Of a DNA stretch of 64,000 bases, positions 40,971-64,000 are shown piece by piece. The stretch is from Camelus dromedarius. Lineage: Eukaryota. The notes beneath the pieces were generated by a model. That model saw nothing but the letters and a program-made list of their open reading frames with translations. It ran no database searches and had not been told where the DNA came from. A program made the translations under genes and the position numbers. The first letter of the stretch is position 1; every line of letters begins with the position of its first letter. Location: positions 6,014,001-6,078,000 of the forward strand of contig NC_087462.1 in the NCBI RefSeq assembly GCF_036321535.1, read 5' to 3'.

Positions 40971-42265
40971 GGCCGATTGGGGTCTATTCCTCCATCTCCG
41001 GGCTGACGTTCCTCCCTGATGTCCCCTTTCTTAGGTGGGTGGTTGGATGGGTTTAAGTTGGGGGAGGGGAGGGCTTTCCACCTTTGGAGGATTCCTTGTT
41101 CTCTGATTTCGGAGGATTCAGTTTCCCTGGAGAAGCTCTTATTCCGTAGGTGAGGGTTCAGCTTCTTTGGATCCCAGTTTCATGGGGACGGCTCTGGTTT
41201 CTTGGAGCTTCCATTGACGGATCCAACCCTGGAAGGAAGGATTCATGTTTCCAGGGCCCATTTTCTGGGGGTTCTCTGAGAGATATAGTTTCTTGAGGAT
41301 GAATCTCCATTCCGAGGGGATTTTCAGATTGCTATATCATGGAAGGTCCCAATTAGAGAATAGTTACAGATTGAATGGGCATCTTTATTGCCTTGGGAGT
41401 ATTTACAACAGGGGAACCACATTTCTTGAGGGGGTCAGGTACTCTGGGGAGCATCTACATTATATGGGAGGAGGAATTTCCTTGGAGAAGGGGTTTCAAA
41501 TTCCCTACGCATCTCCTTTCCCTTGAGGGGGCTGTTTTCATTCTCTGCGGTCTATTTCCTGGTGGGGGTTTCATATTTCCTGATGATTTCCCATATGTGG
41601 AAAGTGGTATCTCCTGGTTCCTTGGGGGGAGGGTCTTAGATTTCTTGACAATTTCCTTTGGTGTTATTCCCTAGGGAGGTGTATTGTCCTTAGGGGTAAC
41701 CAATTTTTTGAGGGTCCCTATTCCCAGGAGACCTTGTTCTCTGGTGTCTCAACAGCTGCCTGGGAATTTATGTTCCCTGGGGTTTCTCATTCTCTAGAGG
41801 ACCTCATCTCTGGCATTCTCTACTCTTGAATGACCCCTCTTTCCAATCACCCCTTTTCCTGGGCCTCCACTTTTGAGAACCCCCTGACACTCTGCCCTCA
41901 AACAGGTCATGATGTTTGGCAGCCCCACCATCGCGCTGGAGCTCCTGAAGCAAGGTGCCAGCCCCAATGTCCAGGATGCCTCCGGCACCACTCCAGCCCA
42001 TGATGCAGCCCGCACTGGATTTCTTGACACCCTGAAAGTGTTGGTAGATCATGGAGCTGATGTCAACGTACCTGATGGCACCGGGGCACTCCCCATCCAC
42101 CTGGCAGTGCGAGAGGGCCACACAGCTGTGGTCAGTTTCCTGGCTGCTGAGTCAGATCTCCATCACAGGGATGCCAGGGGACTCACACCCCTGGAGCTGG
42201 CTCGGGGGAGAGGTGCTCAGGATCTCATGGACATACTGCAGGGGCACCCAGTGGCACCGCTGTGA
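40734..42265 (+). CDS. CDKN2D: Cyclin-dependent kinase 4 inhibitor D (p19INK4d), 2 coding exons, 166 aa
   Basis: [20 protein letters not shown]...; ankyrin repeats [26 protein letters not shown]; 141+360 nt. Confidence 0.97.
41906..42265 (+). CDS. CDKN2D: CDKN2D coding exon 2
   Basis: 360 nt, [14 protein letters not shown]...PVAPL*. Confidence 0.95.
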   Translation, partial: VMMFGSPTIALELLKQGASPNVQDASGTTPAHDAARTGFLDTLKVLVDHGADVNVPDGTGALPIHLAVREGHTAVVSFLAAESDLHHRDARGLTPLELARGRGAQDLMDILQGHPVAPL

Positions 42266-42699
42266 CCTGGGGCCACCCACTCCAGCCACAGGACCCAGCT
42301 GGGTTCTGTGTCAGAAGAGGAGGAAAGAAACACTTTCTCCCCTTGCTCCTCCTGTGTACTGCCGAAGGGCACCAATTTGTGGCTTGTTGGTGTTGATTTC
42401 TGGGGTGTGTGTGTTTGAGGTGCATTTCTCATTTGTTTTTCTCACCCCTTTTGGTGTGTTGGGCAGAAGAGGGCTCCGGCAGGCAACAGCCACCTAAACG
42501 GTTCAGTTTCCTCCACGCCCCAGACTGCTGGGGCTATAGACGAGTCCCAAGGGCAGAGTGTTTAAAGCCCCAGCCCCAGAGTGAGGTCATCACTTCCAAG
42601 GCTCCTGGAACTTGTCGACCTTGGCTGGCTGTACCCAGAGAGAGACCTCAACTGTACACACTGCTTTCGGGCATGGGGGAGGGGGGAATGTTCCAAATC

Positions 42700-42705
42700 A
42701 ATAAA
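42700..42705 (+). terminator. CDKN2D: CDKN2D polyadenylation signal (AATAAA); second candidate ATTAAA at 42839-42844
   Basis: Hexamers in the 3' UTR followed by T/GT-rich sequence. Confidence 0.65.
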
Positions 42706-43294
42706 AGGGTAGTATGAGTTCATTCATATTTTGTTGAAAGCTTGTTTTCCAATCCCTTGTACAGCGTTAAAAAAAAGATTCTATTTATTAAGCTTTATGG
42801 AAAAAATTGTTGTGTGTGATAATTTAATGTTTTTACCCATTAAATTAAGACTTGTGCATGATCACAGCGCCCGTAGCTTCTGATTTTTGTGGCTGCGATG
42901 GAGAGTCTAGAGTCCAGGATGTTTGTTGGGGTGGGCACCGGGGTCGAAGATCGTGGATATTTTGGGGGAGGGGAGTGGTAATTCCCAGGGCGCCAGGGAT
43001 GAGTGAGCTGGGTGGGGCAGCGGTTTACGCTGTCGGAACGGAAGGGAGGCAGGAAACCGCGAGTGGAGAAAGGGCCCCCAGATGTCAGCTGGGTGCCGGG
43101 AGCCCCGGGGGTGGGGGAGTGGGGTGGGCGGTGGCTGCAGCCTTCCCCGCAGAGGCGTGGCCCATGGGCGGGGACTTGGTTCACAGGGCTAGAGATCCCG
43201 GAAGGACCGAGGGCGGGGTTAGGCGCGGCCCATAAGGCTCCGCCCCATTTAAAGCTAGCGGTCAGCAGGGCCGTGAGCAGCCCCGCCTCCTTAG

Positions 43295-50478
<7,184 letters not shown>

Positions 50479-50730
50479 GCTGAAGGAAGCCTACAGGGGT
50501 CCTGGGGCTCCTTTCCTTCACTCAGGCCCCTGGGTGCCCCCACCCGCCTCTTGTTGACACAATAGACTCTCACGTCTAACTTTGGGCAAGGGAGTTTTCC
50601 CGTCTTACAGATGTGGAAGCTGAGGCCCACTTAAGCTTCCTGGATGACTTGGAACCTCACCTTGAGACACACCCTGAGCCCCATCCCTCAAATGCTGGGC
50701 CTAGCCATAGCCAAGTTCTAGTCAAACGGC

Positions 50731-50736
50731 TTTATT
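50731..50736 (-). terminator. ATG4D: ATG4D polyadenylation signal (AATAAA on - strand)
   Basis: TTTATT on + strand ~330 nt past the ATG4D stop. Confidence 0.75.
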
Positions 50737-51020
50737 AGCCCCCAGCGGCCACAGTCCTCCCGCCAACTCCCACCAGCCACTGGCGCTCTGGGACCAGAGA
50801 GGGGCTTGGGCGGTCCAGTGCAAACTACAGTACAGAGTCAGGCCCTGAGTGGGTGCCCGGGGGCCCTCCCTCCCTCCCTGCCCTGCGACGAGGGCCCAGC
50901 TGGTGGGAGGCAGGTGTGCGGGCTGTTCCTGGCTGAATGGCCCCAGCCCGGAGGTCTCCTGGACTGGTCTCAGCTGCACTTGTCAAGGGGAGTTCAAGCT
51001 CCCACACCCAGCGTGACATA

Positions 51021-51034
51021 AATAAAAAAATAAA
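51021..51034 (+). terminator. KRI1: KRI1 polyadenylation signals (two AATAAA)
   Basis: AATAAA at 51021-51026 and 51029-51034; no earlier + strand AATAAA seen after the KRI1 stop. Confidence 0.7.
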
Positions 51035-51067
51035 TAGGGTCGCATCTTCTCCCCCACCCCCTCCCCT

Positions 51068-56724
<5,657 letters not shown>

Positions 56725-56820
56725 GGGCGCGCCGGGAGGGCGGACCCAGGGCCCGGGGGGCCGCGCGCGAGCGCCCCAGGGGGCCAGGACGCGGCCAGGA
56801 CGCGGGCGCCCAGGAAGGCG

Positions 56821-56889
56821 CTAGTGGGCCCCCGGCGCGGCGGCCAGGCCCCCAGACCCGGCGCGGGACGCTGTCACCGCCGCCGCCAT
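56821..56889 (-). other. Candidate upstream ORF of ATG4D (22 aa, MAAAVTASRAGSGGLAAAPGAH)
   Basis: AAA ATG G strong context, TAG at 56823-56821; requires a TSS above 56889. Confidence 0.5.
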
Positions 56890-57406
56890 TTTAGCGGCCC
56901 TGGCCCCGGGAGGGAGGCGGGCGTGACACGGCCGGACTCCCCGCCCCAGCCCGGCCCCCAGCCTGGGTCCCCGGCCGCGGTCTCGGGTGGCCGCGCTAGA
57001 GCCTCCGGACGCGGCGCCTCCCCGCGGCGCGCCGTGACCCGCACCCCCACCCGCCTTATCGCATCGCCCAGGCGCTCCCGAGCCCCTCCAGGTCCTTATC
57101 GGAGGCCCCAGAGCCGGGAAGCCCCGCCCCGGCCCCGCCCCCGGCCGCGCCCCCTCCGGGGCGCTGGGAACTGACCGCCAGGCGGGGCTCCTGCGCGTTT
57201 TGCACCTGCCCGCTTCGGACCGGGGATCAGAGCGCCCCTCTGCGGGCTGCGCACCCAGACCCAGCCTCAGCCTGGGGCGGGGAGGGGGCCGAAAAGTGTG
57301 TGGTGACACCCACTCCTCCAAACTCCCCCTTCAAGCCACACCTCTATGTGCTTCAGTTTCCCCTTGAGCAAAAACGGGCTCAAATACACGTAATAATATA
57401 AATGAA

Positions 57407-57555
57407 GGGGTAGGAGTATAAGTCAGCGGTAGAGTCCGTGCTTAGCATGCAGGAGATGCTGGGTTCAATCCCCAGTACCTCCATTAAAAAAATAATAAAT
57501 GAACCTAGTTAAAAAATTAAATAAAACTAATTATCACCCCTCCAAAAAAAAAGCC
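57407..57555 (+). mobile_element. Vic-1-like SINE
   Basis: Head and tail match the family. Confidence 0.83.
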
Positions 57556-57569
57556 AAAAATATTTTTTT

Positions 57570-57885
57570 AAACATAAACGAATCTTCATAATTTTGCTGA
57601 GGGAAAGAAGCCAGACCAAAAAAGAAGAGTATACACTTTCTGGTCTCATTTATTTAAACTCTAGAAAATCCAACCTCATCTTTAGTAATAGAAAGCATAT
57701 CAGAGGTTACCTGGGGGTGGAGTAGGGAGAGGTGGGAGGAAGGGATAAAAAGGGGCTCGGATGTGTTTAGCACCTTGACTGTGGCGATGGTTTCCAGCTT
57801 GTGAAAACTCATCACATTGTACACGTTAAATGTGTGTGGTTTGTTTTATGTCAATCACACCTCAATAAAACTGAAAAAAATTTCA
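57570..57885 (+). mobile_element. Old LINE-1 3' end
   Basis: GAAAGAAGCCAGACC, GAGGTTACCTGGGGG, CAATCACACCTCAATAAAACTG. Confidence 0.7.
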
Positions 57886-58979
57886 GTGCACCTAACTCAG
57901 AGGACTATTAGGAGGACGAGCTGAGTTCATCCTGGTAAAGCGCTTATCATGGTATTTGAGGCAGGGCTCAGTGAAAGCCAACCATGACCTCAAAGGCAGG
58001 ATGAGTATAGTGACCTGGGAACCGCAGAGAGGGTGGCCTCTAGTGGCTGGCCCAAGGGCTCTGTCCTCAGCTGGCAGAAGGAAGTTGGATGACGATTTGG
58101 AGGAGGGAGTGCCACCTGCAGAAGGTAAGAAAGTGAGAGAGGTGATTAGGCAAGTTTACTGACTCTGGCTAATTAACAGCGAGGGAAAGGAAGTGCCCCG
58201 CTGATGAAAAGGCAGGACATTTCTCTTATCCCACAGCTGGCTCCCTAAAATCCAAGAACACACCTCAGTATTGCTTCCTTTGTTCCCACTGAAGTTTCTG
58301 CTAATTGCTTTTTGTTTCAGGGCTGCACTATGGGGGTGGAAGGAGCCAGTAGCCGAAAATAATTACCACCACCACTGGAGTGAAGACAATGATGGCTGAG
58401 CCTTCTAATAAAAGACCCCGCGGCCCGATGGGGAGCTGGAGCTATCTCTACCGGCCACCTTGGCTGACAGCTCCCGGCTCAAGTGCTTCCTTTCCCCAGT
58501 TGAGTGTTTTTCTTTCCTTTTCCCTGTTTGAACACTTTCCTTCCATTTCCCTTTCTGAGCAATAAATCAGCTGTTCACTAGGTCCCTCTGCCTCTGCTGC
58601 AAGAATTCTTTGACAGCCAGCAACAAGGACCCACACTTTAGTGGGCTTCCTAATTTAGGGGTCCCTCTATCTGCTAACAAAAGCACAGTCACCTCCCTGA
58701 CTTTCCCTTCTTCAGCTCTCCCTTCATGCACTTCCCTTCAGCCACTCCTGTCTCCTTTCTCAAATTCAACAGGCACCCTCCCACCTCAGGACCTTTGCAC
58801 TAGCTGTTCCCTCTGCCTAGACCTCTCTTCCCTGAGATATCTGCATGGCTCTCCCTCAGCCTCCTTCAGGACTTTGTTCAAATGTCATTCCTGCAGTGTG
58901 ACTGCCTTCAAAATTCTACCCTTATGATCCTTCCCCCTTCCCTGCTCTATCTTTTTTTTCCAGAGAAGTTATCGCAACT

Positions 58980-59176
58980 TGATTGTATAAGTCAGCTTGG
59001 CCTCCTATAACTAATACCTCACATGGAGTGGCTTCCACAACAGACATTAATTCTTATCCTTCTGGAGGGTGGAAGTCCAAGATCAAGGTGCCAGCATGGC
59101 TGGGATCTTGGGGAGGCCACTGTTCTTGGCTATGTCCTCACAGGGCCTTTCCTTGGTGCATTGTACAAGGAAATAT
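58980..59176. mobile_element. MaLR (MLT1) LTR fragment
   Basis: AACAGACATTAATTCTTATCCTTCTGGAGG...GTCCAAGATCAAGGTGCCAGCATGG. Confidence 0.7.
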
Positions 59177-59307
59177 NNNNNNNNNNNNNNNNNNNNNNNN
59201 NNNNNNNNNNNNNNNNNNNNNNNNNNNNNNNNNNNNNNNNNNNNNNNNNNNNNNNNNNNNNNNNNNNNNNNNNNNNNNNNNNNNNNNNNNNNNNNNNNNN
59301 NNNNNNN
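59177..59307. other. N-run (131 N)
   Basis: Unresolved or masked bases. Confidence 0.99.
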
Positions 59308-59384
59308 AAATGAATTCTGGGAAAGGTTCAGACCATAGTGCTGATCTTATATTTATATATAAATTTTATGTTGTCTTTCTTATT

Positions 59385-59505
59385 TAAAAAAAATTTAACT
59401 AGGTTCATTTATTTATTTACTTTTTTAACGGAGGTACTGGGGATTGGACCCAGGACCCTTTGCATGCTAAGTACGTGCTCTACCACTGAGCTATATCCTC
59501 CCCCC
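59385..59505 (-). mobile_element. Vic-1-like SINE (first of a tandem pair)
   Basis: Reverse-complement head. Confidence 0.83.
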
Positions 59506-59509
59506 TATA

Positions 59510-59640
59510 ATTTTTTTTTGTTTTATGAGGGGGAGGTAATTGGGTTTATTTATTTATATTTGGAGGAGGTACTGGGGATTGAACCCATGACCTCATACAT
59601 GCTAAGTATGTGCTCTACCATGGAGTTATACCCTCCCTAC
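59510..59640 (-). mobile_element. Vic-1-like SINE (second of a tandem pair)
   Basis: Reverse-complement head and tail. Confidence 0.83.
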
Positions 59641-60339
59641 CCTATAATTTTTATGTTGATCACCTCTGTCTCCACCATATCATGAGGGCAGGCATCTCTG
59701 TCCGTCTTGGTCACTGTTGGCTCCTCAACACTCAACATGGCATACAGTAGGCGCTCAAACAACTTGCGGAAAAGAAGGAGAGCTTACAGCCTCACAGGGG
59801 ACAGGTGGGCTGGGGTGGCCATAGGTGGTCCTTTCTGTTTGGTTTGATGGCTGAAGCTCCCTGCCCCCCACCATGACCACAGCTGGTTCCTTCCTAGAGG
59901 AGGAGGATGATTCACAGTGTGACCCTCAGTTCCTTCCCTTCACCCCTCTTCCTTACAAGTAAAGCCACAACATCCACACCCCCCCATCACTGTCCCCACC
60001 CAGGGTCCAGCTGCCACCTGTCCCGCCCTGACAGATGTCCCCCAGGCTCCTCAGGTTAAGGCACCCCAACTGATCCTGCATTTCACCCCACTGGCTTTTC
60101 GTCCCATGCCCTTGTCTCCCCCAACCCAGCCTTCATTGCCACCCTTCCCAGGATCTGTCAGTCCACTTACTGTCTGTCTCTGGTTGTCGTCATGCTCCTA
60201 AAGCAGCATTAACAGTCACGGGCAGACGCTGGCAGCCAGGCAGCTCGGACAGGTGATCTTGTCTCTCTCTGTCTCGGTTTCCTCATCTGCCAAATGGGGT
60301 AGTAATAGTAGTACCCGTCAAGCTAACAGACATCCTTCA

Positions 60340-60744
60340 AAGTCCAACGACCCCCATTTCTGGGCTCTCAGATGTCTGCCTGTGATCCCTCAACAGATAA
60401 AGTACATTCTTTACTGAGCGTGTTTCCCCTAACAAACTAATAGCCCCAGGTAATGCCTAATATCACAGTAGCCCAGGCTAGTTCATTTCAGCCTACCTTA
60501 TCAGAGTCAAACCCCACCGCCCTTCACCGACCCCAAACCTCTTACCTCACCTACAACCAATTAGAGACTTGCACACAAGCCGATCAGGCACCTTGTGACC
60601 CTACCTTATAAAAGACCCCACAACCGGCCCTTGAGGCTCACACAGGCACCTCTTGTCTGTGTGACCTGCTGTTGTCTATGACAGTGAAACCTAATAAACT
60701 CCTTTTCTATTCTCACACTTTATCTCTGGTAAATTCCTTTACCA
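60340..60744 (+). mobile_element. Solo ERV LTR (ERV1-like)
   Basis: CCAAT 60557-60561, TATAAAA 60607-60613, AATAAA 60693-60698 in U3-R order, terminal ...TTTACCA; 5' boundary uncertain. Confidence 0.65.
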
Positions 60745-62254
60745 ACCCATGTATCACCATACCACCAACCAACCATGCCATTGTGTCCCACCAGGGTACC
60801 TACTTCCTAGGATTTGGGAGAAGCACGAAATGAATATGCAAAATGCTTAAAACACTGTCTGGCACACAGCAACCACCACTTTACTGGGAATTGTTACTGC
60901 CAAAGTCTTTCTGTTACCTGAAAACTGAGTTTGCCTCTTGGTGGGTGTCCAGCCAAAAGACACAACAAAGCCAAAGATTGGAAGAACAGAAACTGTTTGT
61001 TAAATGACTAAATGAATGATTATGGAGCTTAGCTATCCTAAAGGCTTCCTCCCAGTTCTTTCTGAGTCTCCACAGCTGGCTTCTTCAGGGACCTGAATTG
61101 ATTCCCTCAAGCCTGGTCCCACTGGCTTTCTCTGTCTTAAGTCATTTAACCCTCAGCACAACCCTATAAGTTTGATATAATTATTATACCCATCTTACAG
61201 ATGAGGAAGTAAAGGATCACAAATAAAGTTCATACAGCAGGAGAGCTACTGTTATTCTCAGGGGTAATCTTCTTAGCCATCATACATTTAAAACTCAGAA
61301 AGTAACCCAATAGAAACACAGGCAAAAGATTTGAACAGACTCTTCACAAGAGATAAATAAATGTCAAATAAGCCCATGAAAAGATTCTCATCACCAGCCA
61401 TCTAGAACATGCAAAACAGCAGGACAATCAGATACAACCACCAACCCACCAGAACAGCTCAGATGAAAAACCTGACCAAGTGCTGGTGAAGATGCAGAGA
61501 AACTGGAACATTTGAAGTGTGTGCAGTTGGTTGTATGTCAAGGATGCCCCCATTAAAGTTGAAAACATAAATCAGTACGATAACACTAGGGTGCAGACAC
61601 AAAATTGCACTTGAGTGGAATCCAAGGTAGGATTGTCTTCTGGTGGTTGTATCTTGGCATCAGTGTGTGAATTTTACTGTGGGTCTCTCAGCCATTCCAA
61701 GAATGTTTCTGTGCCTCTCCACCTGGTTCTCAAGCCCCTGAGTGAAATAATCTCCCCCAGGCTGAGCAGTTGCTAGAATAAATTACACTCTCTTGAAGGA
61801 AACATAAAGATGTGTAAAGATGCTTTCCACTTTCCTAGTCAAACTTCCTTGCTCCCTTGGACCCATCTATCTTGTCCTGCCTCTCATGTCACTATCACAC
61901 CAATAGTTGTGTGAGAGAATGCTCCAGAAATGAGCTGTGCTCATGGCTGCCTGTTTGGCTGAAAGGATGGCAAACTCTTTTTTCATTCAACAAATGTATC
62001 CTGAGCACCTACTATGTGCCATGCTCTGTGCTGGGCACTGAGCTACAGCAAGAACACAAACACTGTTGTCTCCTCTTGGGGTCTTGGAGGTGGGATACAG
62101 GAGACAGATGTTGAACTTATCACACAAATAATTACATAGTTACGATGGGGACAAGGGTCACATAGGAAAATTCAAGCTTACAATAGCGGGAGGTAATCTA
62201 GTTTGGGGGCTGTGATCCAGGACTTCTCAGGAAGTCCACATTTAAGTTGGGCTC

Positions 62255-62640
62255 TGTATTAGGTTAGGCTCTGTATGACCTAGTTAGCATAGGTCAAGTT
62301 TCCCTGCAATAACAAACAAGTTCAAAGTTCAGGAGTTTAACACAAGCAAAGTTTACTTCTCTCTCGAGTTACTCATCCTACATGGGCTGAGCTCAGCTCC
62401 ACACAGTCCTGCAGGGGTCCAGGCTGAAAAGGCACCCACCATCTTGTGGCTGCATCATCTTGGAACTCAGTGCCTCAGTCACCACAGTAGGACAAGAGAG
62501 AGACTGGAGAAGCATGCGTGGGCTTTTTGATGCCTCCTCAGAAGTAACTGACATACAGAAGTGATGTATGTCATCTCCACTCACATTTCAATGGCCAGAA
62601 TTAGTCAAGGGAGTCACCTAATTGAATGTAGTTTTTCATT
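62255..62640. mobile_element. Old MaLR LTR (MLT1-type)
   Basis: AACACAAGCAAAGTTTACTTCTC, CACTCACATTTCAATGGCCAGAATTAGTCA. Confidence 0.55.
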
Positions 62641-63479
62641 CAATAGATATTGGTCTGCCCTAGAAATATCTATCATGGGAGCTAAAGGATGAGTAGCAAT
62701 TAGCCAGAAAAAAAAAAGGAAGAATGTTCAATCCCAGTAGAATAAAGAGTACATTTAAAGACACTAGAAGGAAAGAGGTAATGGGTTTAAGGACTCGAAA
62801 TTCTGTCAGAAAAGGATTTTCAATCCAGACCACTATTTCCAGCCAAAATATTGATCAAGTGTGAGGAGCAAGTAAAGACATTTCAAAACATGAAATGAAG
62901 GGCTCAAAAATGTTATATTGCATGCTCCTGTATTCTCAGAAAGTTATTGCAGGATGCACTCCACAAAAACAGAGGGGTAAATAAAGAAAAAAAGAAGACA
63001 CGAGATTGAGAAAACAGGGGTCCCAACATAGGAAAGAGATGAAGAGAATTCCTGGGAGGGTGGCAGGAGGAATTCCTCAGCAAAAAAGAACACAGGAGGA
63101 AAACAGAATGCTACCTACAGATTATCTGGCGGATTTTATCACTTGGAAAGTTGAATTGAGATGAATTGCCAGAACTTCTAAGAAAGACACCTAAAGAAAA
63201 AAAAGAAGGCAATTAACTCCAGGTGGAGAAACTATACATCATAATAATTACACTTCTCCATAGCATCCTTCAAAAGGAAATGAAATTATATTTCCATAAA
63301 ATCTATAAAAAAGAATGTGAGCCACCGAGACACCAAGCAAACACGTCTCATATCCAGTTGATGACTCAGTGGCACCACTTGATGGCTGGCAGGCATTTCA
63401 AACTCAACTGACCCTAAACTGAACCTCCCAAATTTAATTTCTGAGCTTTCTGTTGTCCCGTGGCCTTCCCATCTCAGGT

Positions 63480-63990
63480 ACCTGAAATGAAACTTAACAG
63501 GGTTTGGGGACTCCTAATGGCCCATATGAAGATGCTCAGGTCATTTTGGGTTGACTCCGCCCACATTCTCCAACTTGGCCAATCAGAGCAGTCCACTCCC
63601 CCAAGCCAAGAGACTGGGTTGGTTATGACATGATCCTAGCTGGGCCAATGAAATTCAGTACTGGGACTTCTGGTGAAACCCTGGTGTGGTTGGGTATCTT
63701 TCCAAGTTGCTACTGAGTGGGAATAATAGATCTATAGTGCCAGGAAGAGTTTCTGCCACCCAAAAGAGAGCTTGATGGGATGAAAACCTAGCTGAGCCAA
63801 GAGACAGAGAGTTAGATTCTTGGTGACATTGGAGCTTCTTGATCCAGCTATGCCCAAAGTCAACCCAACTCCTAGATCTCTAGATTTTCAGTTGCATGAG
63901 ACAATTCATTTCTAACCACCGCCTCCATGCCAGTTTGAGGTGTTTTTCAGTTGAACTTAATTTTTTTTTTCTGGAACTTTCAACTAAACA
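63480..63990. mobile_element. Old ERVL-class LTR (LTR16/LTR33-like)
   Basis: TTGGCCAATCAGAG, GATCCAGCTATGCCCAAAGTC, CAGTTGCATGAGACAAT. Confidence 0.5.
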
Positions 63991-64000
63991 AAACCTGATG

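Overview
Mammalian genomic DNA, very probably a camelid (about 20 copies of a tRNA-Ala(AGC)-derived Vic-1-like SINE), syntenic with human 19p13.2 in reversed orientation. Five intron-containing protein-coding genes were rebuilt exon by exon, with splice phases checked: SLC44A2 (- strand, two alternative coding first exons, exons 21-22 lie off the left edge), AP1M2 (+, 12 exons, 423 aa), CDKN2D (+, 166 aa), KRI1 (+, 19 exons, 705 aa) and ATG4D (-, 10 exons, 473 aa). All reading frames are intact. The remainder is SINE, LINE-1, L2, MIR and LTR sequence, six CpG islands and four N-runs. No prokaryote-type system (CRISPR, operon) is present. Best second-look items: two minor-spliceosome (U12-type) introns in neighbouring genes, both with an atypical +7 A; two TSD-flanked tailless 5' tRNA-half retrocopies (Lys, Tyr); a strong-Kozak uORF in frame with ATG4D and separated from it by a single TAG; overlapping KRI1/ATG4D 3' UTRs; the MIR1238-orthologous intron; and a duplicated SLC44A2 first exon with a frame-preserving cryptic acceptor. 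Repeat-family names and human comparisons come from recall, not database searches. Repeat boundaries are approximate.
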